Assembly: GCF_902713615.1 (NCBI RefSeq)
Contig: NW_024055498.1
Location: 732,878 to 796,877 of the forward strand
DNA length: 64,000 nucleotides
Direction: 5' to 3'
Origin: Scyliorhinus canicula
Lineage: Eukaryota
The position numbers and the translations under genes were made by a program. This document shows positions 25,200-36,757 of this stretch, one piece after another; the stretch's first letter is position 1, and each line of letters starts with the position of its first letter. The notes under the pieces were generated by a model. The model searched no databases. It saw only the letters and a list, made by a program, of their open reading frames with translations, and was not told where the DNA came from.

Positions 25200-28100
25200 T
25201 CTGGCCTGCAACTTTTAATTTGCAGGGAGAGAACCAGAGAGCATCTGAGAACCTGGGAAGGTAAGTGATTTTTATTCATTTTTATTTCTATTACCATTTC
25301 AAATTGTGTGTGGGGGGAACTGAAGTGACATCACAGTAAAGCTGTGACCCGATTGGCTGATTGGGAATCTACACTCAATTTAAAAATTAAGCATTGTTAA
25401 ACTAGTTAAACATAATTACTTAATGACTTAATTATAGTTTAAAGGAGTATCTAAGCCAGAGATCGAAGAGTACTGTATTTAGCATTAAGATTTATAGTAG
25501 AAATCTAGTGCAAGGAAACATATAGTGAACAGTCACTTTAATTTTTTAAAAATTTAATTGACTAATTAATTGACGCAATGTCAATTAGAGGGGTGCAGTA
25601 CTTGGACTGTGAGATGTGGCAGGTCCGGGAGGCATCCAGCGTCCCGGATGGCTTTATCTGCAGAAAGTGCACCCAACTAGAGCTCCTCACAGACCGAATG
25701 GTTCAGTTGGAGCAGCAGTTGGATGCACTTAGGAGCATGCAGGTGGCGGAAAGCGTCATAGATAGCAGTTATATAAATGTGGTCACACCCAGGGTGCAGG
25801 CAGAGAAATGGGTGAGCACCAGAAAGAGCAGGCAGTCAGTGCAGGAATCCCCTGTGGTTGTCCCCCTCTCGAACAGGTCTCCCCCTTTGGATACTGTCAG
25901 GAGGGATAGCCGATCAGACGAAAACAGCAGCAGCCAGAGCAGTGGCACCACGGCTGGCTCTGATGTTCAGCAGGGATGGTCAAAGGCGCAGAAGAGCAAT
26001 AGTCATAGGGGACTCTATAGTTAGGGGCACAGATAGGCACTTCTGTGGACGTGAAAGAGACTCCAGGATGGTATGTTGCCTCCCTGGTGCCAGGTTCCAG
26101 AATGTCTCCGAACGGGTAGCGGGCATCCTGAAGGGGAAGGGCAAACAGGCAGAGGTCATTGTAAATATTGGTACTAACAACATAGGCAGGAAGGGGCATG
26201 GGGTCCTGCAGCAGGAGTTCAGTGAGCTAGGCAGAAAGTTAAAAGACAGGACCTCTAGGGTTGTAATCTCGGGATTACACCCTGTGCCACGTGCCAGTGA
26301 GGCTAGAAATAGGAAGATAGAGCAGCTAAACACGTGGCTAAACAGCTGGTGTAGGAGGGAGGGTTTCCGTTATCTGGACAACTGGGAGCTATTCTGGGGC
26401 AGTTGTGACCTGTATAAGAAGGACGGGTTGCATCTAAACCGGAGAGGCATAAATATCAAGGCCGTGAGGTTTGCTAGTGTCACACGGGAGGGTTTAAACT
26501 AGTATGGCAAGGGGGTGGGAACTGGAGCAATAGGTCAGAAGGTGAAAGTATTGAGGGAGAACTAGGGAATAGGGCCAGTATGGCTCTGAGGAGGAGCAGA
26601 TAGGGAGATGTTGCTGAAAATAGCGGGTCTGGTGGCCTGAAGTGCATATGTTTTAATGCAAGAAGTATTATGGGTAAGGCAGAAGAACTTAGAGTTTGGA
26701 TTATTAATTGGAACTGTGATGTTTGTGCCATTACGGAGACCTGGTTGAGGGAAGGACAGGATTGGCAGCTAAGCGTTCCAGGATTTAGATGTTTCAGGCA
26801 GGATAGAGGGGGATGTAAAAGGGGTGGTGGAGTTGCGCTACTGGTAAGGGAGAATATCACAGCTGTACTATGGGAGGACACCTCAGAGTGCAGCGAGGCA
26901 AAATGGGTAGAGAACAGGAACAAGAAGGGTGCAGTCACAATGTTGGGGGTACTTGACAGGCCTCCCAACAGCCAGTGGGAGATAGAGGAGCAAATAAGTA
27001 GACAGATTTTGGAAACGAGTAAAAACAACAGGGTTGTTGTGATGGGAGACTTCAACTTCCCCAATATTGACTGGGACTCACTTAGTGCTAGGGGCTTAGA
27101 TGGGGCAGAGTTTGTAAGGAGCATCCAGGAGGGCTTCTTAAAACAATATGTAGACAGTCCAACTAGGAAAGGGGCTACACTGGACCTGGTATTGGGGAAT
27201 GAGTCCGGCCAGGTGGTAGAAGTTTCAGTAGGGGAGCATTTCAGGACCAGTGACCACAATTCAGTAAGTTTTAAAGTGCTGGTGGACAAGGATAAGAGTG
27301 GTCATGGGGTGAATGTGCTAAATTGGGGGAAGGCTAATTATAACAATATTAGGCGGGAACTGAAGAACCGAGATTGGGGGCTGCTGTCTGAGGGTAAATC
27401 AACATCTGACATGTGGGAGGCTTTCAACTGAAAGTTGAAAGCAATCCAGGACCGGCATGTTCCTGTGCGGAAGAAGGATAAATATGGCAAATTTCTGGAA
27501 CCTTGGATAACGAGAGATATTGTAGGCCTCGTCAAAAAGAAAAAGGAGGCATTTGTCAGGGCTAGAAAGCTGGTAACAGACGAATCCTGTGTGGAATATA
27601 AGGAAAGTAGGAAGGAACCTAAGCAAGGAGTTAGGAGGGCTAGAAGGGGTCATGAAAAGTCATTGGCAAATGGAGTAAAATCAAATCCCAAGCCTTTTTA
27701 CACGTACATAAAAAGCAAGAGGGTAGCCAGGGAAAGGGTTGGCCCACTGAAGGATCGGCAAGGGAATCTATGTGTGGAGCCTGAGGAAATAGGCCAGGTA
27801 CTAAATGAATACTTTGCATCAGTATTCACCAATGAGAACGAATTGGTGGATGTTGAGTCTGGAAAAGGGTTTGTAGATAGCCTGGGTCACATTGAGATCC
27901 AAAAAGACGAAGTGCTGGGCGTCTTGAAAAATATTAAGGTAGATAAGTCCCCAGGTCCGGATGGGATCTACCCCAGAATACTGAAGGAGGCTCGAGAGGA
28001 AATTGCTGAGGCCTTGACAGAAATCTTTGGATCCTCACTGTCTTCAGGTGATGTCTCGGAGGACTGGAGAATAGCCAATGTTGTTCCTTTGTTTAAGAAA

Positions 28101-28560
28101 AATAGCAAGGATAACCCAGGGAACTACTGGCCAGTGAGCCTTACGTCAGTGGTAGGGAAATTACTGGAGAGAATTCTTCAAGACAGGATCTACTCCCATT
28201 TGGAAGCAAATGGACGTATTAGTGAGAGGCAGCATGGTTTTGTGAAGGGGAGGTTGTGTCTCACGAACTTGATAGAGTTTTTCGAAGAGGTCACAAAGAT
28301 GTTTGATGCAGGTAGGGCAGTGGATGTTGTCTATATGGACTTCAGTAAGGCCTTTGACAAGGACCCTCATGGTAGATTGGTACAAAAGGTGAAGTCACAC
28401 AGGATCAGGGGAGAGCTGGCAAGGTGGATTCAGAACTGGCTAGGTCATAGAAGGCAGTGTAGCAATGGAAGGGTGCTTTTCTAATTGGAGGGCTGTGACT
28501 AGTGATCAGTTATCAGTGCTGGGAGCTTTGCTGTTCGTAGTATATATAAATGATCTGGAG
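25200..28560 (+). mobile_element. CR1 LINE 5' portion: ORF1 (Cys-rich/coiled-coil plus SGNH/GDSL esterase) and ORF2 (APE endonuclease, part of RT), disrupted
   Basis: IVIGDSIVRG, NIGTNN and KDGLHLN esterase motifs; AITETWL, MGDFNFP and SDHN APE motifs; stops and frameshifts; ends abruptly at the L1 5' end. Confidence 0.9.
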
Positions 28561-31500
28561 GACTTCCGGTGGCGGCGATGTTCGAGTGAGCCGCACATTC
28601 GGCGGGTTCTCACTCCGGCGGGGCTTAACAGCTGATTCCCCGCGATGGCGGGACCACGGGGGCGGCAAAAAGGCTGCCGTGAAAGAAGAGGAGAGCGGGC
28701 TGCAGCTGATGGAATCGTGGGAGGCCAGCAGGTAGAGGAAGAAAGAGAGAGAGAGAGACGGAGGCAAGGAGGAAACTGACCTGAAGGGTAAGATGGCGGA
28801 TCCACGGACCATCCTTCCTCCAGGACAAAGAAAAAAAGTTTGGAGTTGCTGAGGAGGGACAGCTTGGACCCACTTCAGATGCCCAGAAGGTAAGATTTAA
28901 GGAGCTGGGCGAAGGAAGGCGGCAGCGAAGGTGCTGAGGAGCAGGCTGCGGCACATGGAACAGCGGGATTCCAGAAGGCAGAAGAAGAAGGAGAAAAAGG
29001 GACAGAGACAAGGACCTGAAGAAAATTACCTGGGACCTAAGATGGCAGACACACGGACCCCGGACTCAGCAATCCAACTGGCGCTGGATAACATGCTCCA
29101 GGTAATGAAGTCCAGTTTTGAAGCGCTGAAGCGGGACAGCTTGGACCCAATCCAGAAAGTAGTGGATCAGCTGAACCAGAGGCTGGACGCCCAGGATGTT
29201 AAAGTTAAGGAGCTGGGAGAGGCGGTGGAGGAGCAGGCGGATGCGCAAACGGTTGCAGCGCTAGAAGTTGACGGCCTGAAAGAGCGGCAGAGAAGACTGC
29301 TGGACAGAGTGGAAGAGCTGGAGAATAGAGTCCGCAGGAACAATCTGAGGATGGTTGGCCTCGGCGGAGGGAGCTGATGCTGCAGCGTTTGTAGCAGACC
29401 TGCTGAAGCAGCTGATGGGGGCCGAAGCCTTTCCGCGACCGCTGGAGCTGGAGGGGGCACACAGAGTGCAGGCAAGGCAGGGGCGGCCGGGCGGACCCTC
29501 CCCGCCCGATGGTGATTAGGTTCCACAGGTTCGTGGACAAGGAGCGGGTGCTGCAGTGGGCAAAGAGCGCCAGGAGCAGCACGTGGAACAACAGTGTTCT
29601 CCGCATTTATCAGGGCCTAAGCCAGGAGGTGGCTCGGCGGCGAGCAGCCTTTAAGAATGTCAAGGAGGTGCTGTTCAAGAAGCACGTGAAGTTTGGTCTG
29701 CTATTCCCAGCTCGGCTATGGGTCACGCACCAGGGTCAACACCACTACTTCTCCGAGCCCGAAGAAGCGATGGATTTTGCGAGGGACCTGGGGCTGGTCC
29801 CGGAAGGAGGCCCCAAGGACGCGAGTTAGGGCCCGAGGATTTCTGTGGGAAGGAACGCCGAATGTGCCTGGACTGCTGCTCAACGGTTTGCTGGGCCAAA
29901 GGGGCCAAGCGGAACATTTGAGACTCTTTCCTTTGTTCATGGACATTTATGTGCTTTTTCTCTTTTTTCTGTGTTTTTTTTTTCTTTTTTTTTCCTGTTT
30001 GGGCTGGTTTGTGCTTTTTGTGCAGCTCGCGGAAGACACTGGAGCCGGCTTGCCCCAGTGGGTGGGGAGGAGGACGGGGAAACAATGGGAATGAGACAGG
30101 AAGGCGCCGGAGTGTTGAATCACCGGGCTAGCAGATTGGCTAGTCAAGGAAGTCAGATGGGGGGGGGGGGGGAAGTTACAGCCAGTAGATGGCAGGGGTG
30201 GGGGTATCGGGGGATGGAGTTAGGGGAGGGGGGGGGGTTGTTCTGCTGACGGGAGAGGGACTTGAAATAGGCACTGGAAAGGAGGTCGAGGGTGGAGGCA
30301 GCCAAAGGGCGGGCCAGGAATGGCGCGACGCACGGGTCAGGGGCCGGCCCGAGAAAGGCTATGGCTGACCGGCGGGGTGGGGGGGGGGGGGTGGGATGTG
30401 CCCCCCGACCAGGCTGATCACCTGGAACGTCAAGGGACTGAACGGGCCGGTTAAGAGGGCGCGGGTGTTCGCGCACTTGCGGGCCCTGAGGGCGGACGTA
30501 ATTATGTTGCAGGAGACACATCTGAAAGTGTCAGACCAGACCAGGCTAAGGAAGGGCTGGATTAGCCAGGTCTTCCACTCGGACTTGGACTCGAAGTCCA
30601 GAGGGGTGGCAATCATGATCAACAAGCGCGTGCAATTTGAGGCAGAGGGCATATCCGCAGACAGGGGGGGCAGATACCTGATGGTACGGGGCAGACTGGA
30701 GGGGAGAAGAGTGGTGCTGGTGAATATATATGCCCCGAACTGGGATGACGTGGACTTCATTAAAAGAGTGCTGGGGAAGATCCCGGACTTGGATTCTCGC
30801 AGGCTAATAATGGGAGGGGACTTTAACATGGTCCTTGACCCGACTTTGGATCGGTCGTGTCCCAGAACGGGTAGACTCTCAGCAATGGCAAGGGAGCTGA
30901 AAGGGTTTATGGAGCAAATGGGGGCAGTGGACCCCTGGAGAGATGGACAGCCAACAGGAAGGGGCTACTCATTTTACTCGCACGTCCATAAAGTATATTC
31001 CAGGATAGATTTCTTTGTACTAAGCAGGGACTGTATGGGGGAGGTAAAGAACACGGAATACTCAGCAATTACCATTTCAGACCATGCCCCGCATTGGGTG
31101 GACCAGCAGTTCGGGGGAGGGAGCTATCAACGCCCGCAATGGAGGCTAGATGTGGGACTGCTGTTGGAGGAGGGGATCTGCGAGAGGCTTCGGAAATGTA
31201 TAAAAAATTACCTGCAGGTGAATGACACTGAGGAGGTCTCAGCGGCGACCGTGTGGGAGGCGCTAAAGGCAGTAGTGCGGGGGGAGCTGATTTCAATTGG
31301 GGCCCACAGAGCCAAGGCAGACCAGGCAGAGATGGATAGGTTGGTCAGGGAAATGGTTCGGATAGAGGAAGAGCACGCGGAGTCCCCAGGGGAGGTTTTA
31401 CTCAGGGAGAGGCAGAGACTACAGGCGGAACTGGGGGCACTATCCACGAGCAGGGCCGTGGAACAGCTTAGGAAGGCGAGGGGAGTGGTGTACGAACATG

Positions 31501-34397
31501 GGGAAAAGGATAGCAGACTGTTAGCGCAGCAACTCAAGAGGAGGGAGGCGGCCAGGGAAATAGGTAGAGTGAGGGACGAGGGGGGGCGCAAAGTGGAGGA
31601 TCCGGCAGAATTGAATAGGGTATTCCGGGACTTCTATTATAAGCTGTATACTTCGGAGCCGCCGGAAGAACCGGAGGGGATGAAAAGGTTTCTGGACGGG
31701 TTAACATTCCCAACAGTTGGGGGGGGGGGGGCGAGTGGAAGAGCTGGGGGCCCCGATTAGAGTAGAGGAGGTATTGGGGGGGCCTAAAGGCCATGCAGTC
31801 GGGGAAGTCCCCGGGGCCGGATGGATACCCAGTAGAGTTTTATAGGAAGTTCTCTGAGCTGGTGGGCCCGGTCTTGGTGAGGGTTTTCAATGAGGCAAGG
31901 GACAGAGGGACCCTGCCGCCGACAATGTCACAAGCCACCATATCTCTGATATTGAAGCGGGGTAAAGACCCGGAGGTGTGCGGGTCCTACAGGCCAATCT
32001 CCCTGATTAATGTAGACGCCAAGCTCCTGGCAAAGGTACTGGCGAGTAGAATGGAGGACTGTGTACCGGAGGTGATTGGGGAGGATCAAACGGGGTTTGT
32101 GAAAGGTAGGCAGCTGGCGGCCAATCTGAGGAGATTGCTCAATGTGATAATGATGCCCCCGGTGGGTAGAGAGGTGGAGGTAGTGGTGGCAATGGACGCC
32201 GAGAAGGCCTTTGACCGGGTGGAGTGGGACTATCTATGGGAGGTGCTCGGACGGTTTGGGTTCGGGGAGGGATTGGTATTGGATCAAATTATTATATCAG
32301 GCCCCGAGGGCCAGCGTCAGGACCAACAGAGAAGTGTCGGAGTACTTTAGGTTGTACCGAGGGACCAGACAGGGCTGCCCGCTCTCCCCGCTGCTGTTTG
32401 CGCTGGCCATAGAACCGCTGGCGATTGCGCTGAGAGCCGCAGAGGGTTGGAAGGGGATGGTGAGGGGCGGGGTTGAACACAGGGTTTCTCTTTATGCAGA
32501 CGACCTGCTCCTGTACGTGTCGGACCCAGTGGCCGGGATGGGAACTATACTGGGAATGCTGAGGGAGTTCGGCCAGTTCTCAGGATACAAATTAAATACG
32601 GTCAAGAGTGAAATGTTTGTGGTTCAGGCAAGGGGCCAGGAGAACAGATTGAGAGGGCTACCGTTTAGGCTAGTTGAGGAAAATTTCCGGTATTTGGGAA
32701 TCCAGGTGGCACGAGACTGGGGCACGCTGCATAAGTTAAATTTGGCCAGGGTGGTGGAGCAAATGAAGGGAGAGTTTCGGAGATGGGATGCACTCCCGCT
32801 GTCACTGGCAGGGAGGGTGCAGACTGTAAAGATGACAATCCTCCCTCGATTTTTGTTTATTTTTCAGTGCCTCCCGATCTTTATCCCACAGTCCTTCTTC
32901 AAAAGAGTTAACGGGCTGATCATGAGCTTTGTCTGGGCGGGAAAGTCTCCGCGGGTGAAGAAGGCGATGTTGGAGAGGAACCGCAGCGAGGGAGGGCTGG
33001 CTTTGCCGAGTCTGGTCAATTATTACTGGGCGGCCAACATCGCTATGATAAGGAAGTGGATGGTGGGTACGGGGTCTATTTGGGAGCGGGTGGAGGCAGC
33101 TTCGTGCAGGGGCTCCAGTTTGGAAGCCCTGGTCACGGCTCCTCTACCGCTGCCGCCGGCCAAGTACACCACCAGCCCGGTAGTGGTGGCGACCCTGCGG
33201 ATATGGGGCCAGTGGAGGAGGCATGTGGGGGAGATGGGGGCGTCTGTCTGGGCGCCAATCTGCGACAACCATCGGTTTGCCCCCGGCAGAATGGCTGGGG
33301 GGTTCCGAGTATGGCGGCGAGCAGGGGCGGGAAGGGTGGGTGATATGTTCCTGGAAGGGAGCTTCGCGAGTTTGAGGAGCTTGGAGGAGAAATTTGGGTT
33401 GGTAAGGGGAAATGATTTTAGATACCTACAGTTGCGGGACTTTATTCGTAGACAGGTCCCACCTTTCCCGCGCCTCCCGCCAATGGGGATCCTAGACAGA
33501 ATAGTCTCTGGGAGGGACGAAGGGGAGGGTAGAGTCTCGGGTATTTATAAGGTGCTCATGAGGGAGGAAGGGTCCCAGACAGAGGAACTGAAACTTAAAT
33601 GAGAGAAGGTGATAGGCGGGGAAATGGAGGATGGGCTGTGGGCAGAGGCCCTGAGTAGGGTAAACTCGACCGCGACATGTGCTAGGCTCGGGCTGATCCA
33701 ATTTAAGGTCGTTCACCGGGCCCATATGACGGTGGCTCGGATGAGCAAATTTTTCGGGATAGAGGACAAATGCGCTAGGTGCGCGAGAGGACCAGCGAAC
33801 CATGTTCACATGTTCTGGGCATGCCCTAAGCTGAGGGGGTACTGGGAGGGATTTGCGGGTGTCATGTCCCAGGTGCTAAAAACAAGGGTGGTGATGAGTC
33901 CAGGGGTGGCAATTTTTGGGGTTTCGGAGGACCCGGGGGTCCAGGAGGAGAAAGAGGCCGATGTGTTGGCCTTTGCTTCCCTAATAGCCCGGCGACGAAT
34001 ATTATTGGTGTGGAGGGACTCAAAGCCCCCGAAGACTGAGTTGTGGCTTGCGGACATGTCGAGTTTCCTGGGGATGGAAAAAATTAAGTTCGCCTTGAGG
34101 GGATCTGTGCAGGGGTTCACCCGGAGGTGGCAACCATTTATTGACTTCTTTGCGGGAGAGTGAGCGTCAGCAGGGGGGTGGGGGGGAGGGGGGGGGGGGT
34201 AGAGTAGAGTAGGAGGGAAAATATGGTGGGTAGTACCGGTGGGAGAGGAGCGGGCTTGTGCAATATGTTACGGTGGAAGTATTGAAAGTACGTGGATGTT
34301 TGCACATTTTTGCCTTTTTTGCTTCCTTTCTGATGATGTCTGTAACTGTTTATAAAGCCAAAACCTACCTCAATAAAATTGTTTATTAAAAAAAAAA
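28560..34397 (+). mobile_element. Near-full-length L1-clade LINE (~5.8 kb) with frameshifts and a stop
   Basis: 5' GGACTTCCGG; ORF1 ~29042-29829 (LENRVRRNNLR...LLFPARL); ORF2 30396-34163 (TWNVKGLN, GGDFN, SDHA, KSPGPDG, TRQGCPLSP, LYADD, CARC..HMFWAC); AATAAA 34372-34377; poly(A) 34388-34397. Confidence 0.92.
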
Positions 34398-34453
34398 TAC
34401 AATCCAGCAGTATTCCGGAATAAATCGAGAATTGCTGTTTCACAGACGGAATG

Positions 34454-34467
34454 CCAGTAGATGGCGC
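34454..34467 (+). promoter_or_regulatory. CTCF core-consensus match
   Basis: CCAGTAGATGGCGC fits CCASYAGRKGGCRS exactly. Confidence 0.55.
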
Positions 34468-36288
34468 TCCAAGACTTTGTTTTTGACGAAAACCTGTTCA
34501 GGCGTCAGTTCACCGCTGTTGCAGCTGACAGCTGAGAATTCGGGGCCAGAAGTTTGGCGCCGTTATTCTTGGTTGCAACGATTATGTATTTAGGGCAAGA
34601 GTCTCCTCTCTAAATTCCGGATTCCATAGCACAGAATGAAGTCTTCTGGCGAAGTGATAATGACCGTACCTCTGGTTCAGAATCTCTCAGTTAAAGTCCT
34701 ATATCAGGCCATGATGGCTGTAGAAGGCACATTCCAAACGTGATCAAACAGGTTGATTATCCGCTTGTAAACACTTCCAACAAACCTGCTGGCAGGCGAT
34801 ATGTGCAGGAGAGATTCGTGGTCAGCCATATTGCAGAATGCAACGGCAAACTACCGCAGCACTTTGTCAAGCTTAATCATGCCCGATCCAATGAAAGATT
34901 CTGATCCCCAACACCCTTCAAGAGTGATAAAGCAAAGTATTGTAATATCACTGGGTAGTCCGAATAACAGGTTTAGCACAATGTTTCCAATCGATATCAT
35001 TCCTCAATGTATCAAAGAGAGAAAGGGTTTTCATCTGTCCATTATTTCGCTCCCGAAAGTTCTCGTTAGTCTTTGCTACAAGGTCAAATTAAACGGAATA
35101 TAGCCGGACTCACAAATCCTTTTCTCCACGGTAAGTGTGAGAATCGTTTCCGGCCGAGAATTAAACATTCCCACTGCCGTCTGTGTCAATAATATTTATA
35201 ATATTTCCAACATCACAATAGCGACTTCATTGGAAACTTACTCCCTGAGGTTACCAAGTGCTTTCGGGCACCCGGTGTCAGTAAAACACCCTGCATCAAC
35301 ACGTCGCGTTTTCTCTTAGCGACCGATATTGGATTCCTGGGGTTAAGTCTATTGTCCGCCCATTGTTTTTTTTTTAAATTTCCTTCTTTATTTCAAAATG
35401 TTTCTTACCCGGCTTCGGTTGATAAGTGATCACCAACTCTTGTGATTTCACGGATTTTCTCTCCAGTGTGCTCATCACTTTCCGCTCCACAGGACACCGG
35501 CAATGTGCCTGGAACAAGCATTCGGGCAGTTTTTTCGGTGACCCTGACGGAAATTGACCTTCTATTAAGGGCGAACCAATGGCTGAGAGACTGATGCCCC
35601 ATCTGTCAGTCAGCGCCCTGATCAACTGCATAAACACATATCGACCTGCACGTCCTTTCATACTGTATGTTAATTAACTGAAATGTACAGATACCTAATA
35701 ATTAACAGCTCTGAAAATATTATTTAACAGACGAATATCAACCCATTACATCCGAATTTAGAGTTTGGGGGTTCCAGCTCCTTTCCAGAGTCATGACCCT
35801 CGGGATCAATGGTGATACCCCAGTGCAGTCCTCAGGGAATGGTGAACTGTCAGGGAGCCCGGCTTTCAGCTGAGATGTGAATTCGATTATATTGTCGTCT
35901 CTGTCAGGTAGGCGGGACAATCCTGGAGAATCGCTATGCACCATTCACCGTCACTGAAACGACAGACATCACTGTTTGAAGGATCATGCGGGGAGTCAAT
36001 GGGCTGCTTAGTTTTCTTCATTGCATTAGAACACTGTCTATGAAACAACTGGGAACATCACAAATGTCCTTTATTAATACTGTATTTTACTTCACTAAGC
36101 TGTCCACTTGAGTAGATATGATGTTATTTGTAAATATATTTATGTATATAAAATATTATATATATATTTATATCAATATATATACATATATAGAAATTAC
36201 AAGGTAACGGAAATTTAAGATTCAGTTCAGACTCGCCACTGATCAAAATGTTTCCCTAACGCACAGTTATGTTGATCGCCGCTCTGAC

Positions 36289-36327
36289 AGTTTTTGTACA
36301 GGTTCAGCCCAGCTCTGTGTGTCTGTG
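36289..36327 (-). other. 23-RSS of V1
   Basis: CACAGAC - 23 nt - ACAAAAACT. Confidence 0.92.
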
Positions 36328-36757
36328 GGTCTCAGTGCGCAGAAATACACCGCGGAGTCTGTCAGCTCCGTTTTCGACACTTTCAGGGGGACGGTGCTCT
36401 TCACATGATCAAACTCCGCTGAAAAACGGTCCCCCAAAGATTTCTCTGCGTTCTCGCTGTATCTGTTTCTCTGCAGCAGAAACTCAATGGACCCGCTGGG
36501 ATACTGACGGTACCAGAATAGGCCAGGGTTGTTGCTTGTAGATGTGTAATTACAGAAGAACTGAACATCACCTCCTTCACTCACAGTGACTGAAGCCGGT
36601 GTCTGTGTAACAGCGTCTCCTCGACAATGTCCTGTGAGAGCCCAGAGATATAGTAAATTACACAATGTTCACGTCACTCTGTCTATCACCCAGAAACTGC
36701 CTGTCACCCCCAGTAGTTAAATGAGAAATTAATCAGGACATTTAAACAGAAATACAT
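36328..36757 (-). CDS. V1: TCR alpha/delta-type V segment; V exon 36631-36328 intact, candidate leader exon 36757-36708 is one base out of phase
   Basis: DAVTQTP...FC...WYRQ...DSAVYFCALR; acceptor CTCACAG|GA; leader candidate MYFCLNVLINFSFNYW with a G5 run before GTGAC. Confidence 0.8.

Noticed and set aside
34620-34960. Minus-strand FCAMES preceded by SPED, suggesting a decayed V
   Set aside because: No WYxQ, no first Cys in a consistent frame and no RSS; could be chance
35090-35136. Strong plus-strand donor CACG|GTAAGT as a possible leader exon
   Set aside because: No in-phase ATG with a hydrophobic leader and no V exon downstream
36632-36665. Unspliced in-frame leader MCNLLYLWALTG for V1 (and MSLSLLLLL for V5 at 54062) suggested by the ORF track
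   Set aside because: These starts are TTG, not ATG; they are intron 3' ends
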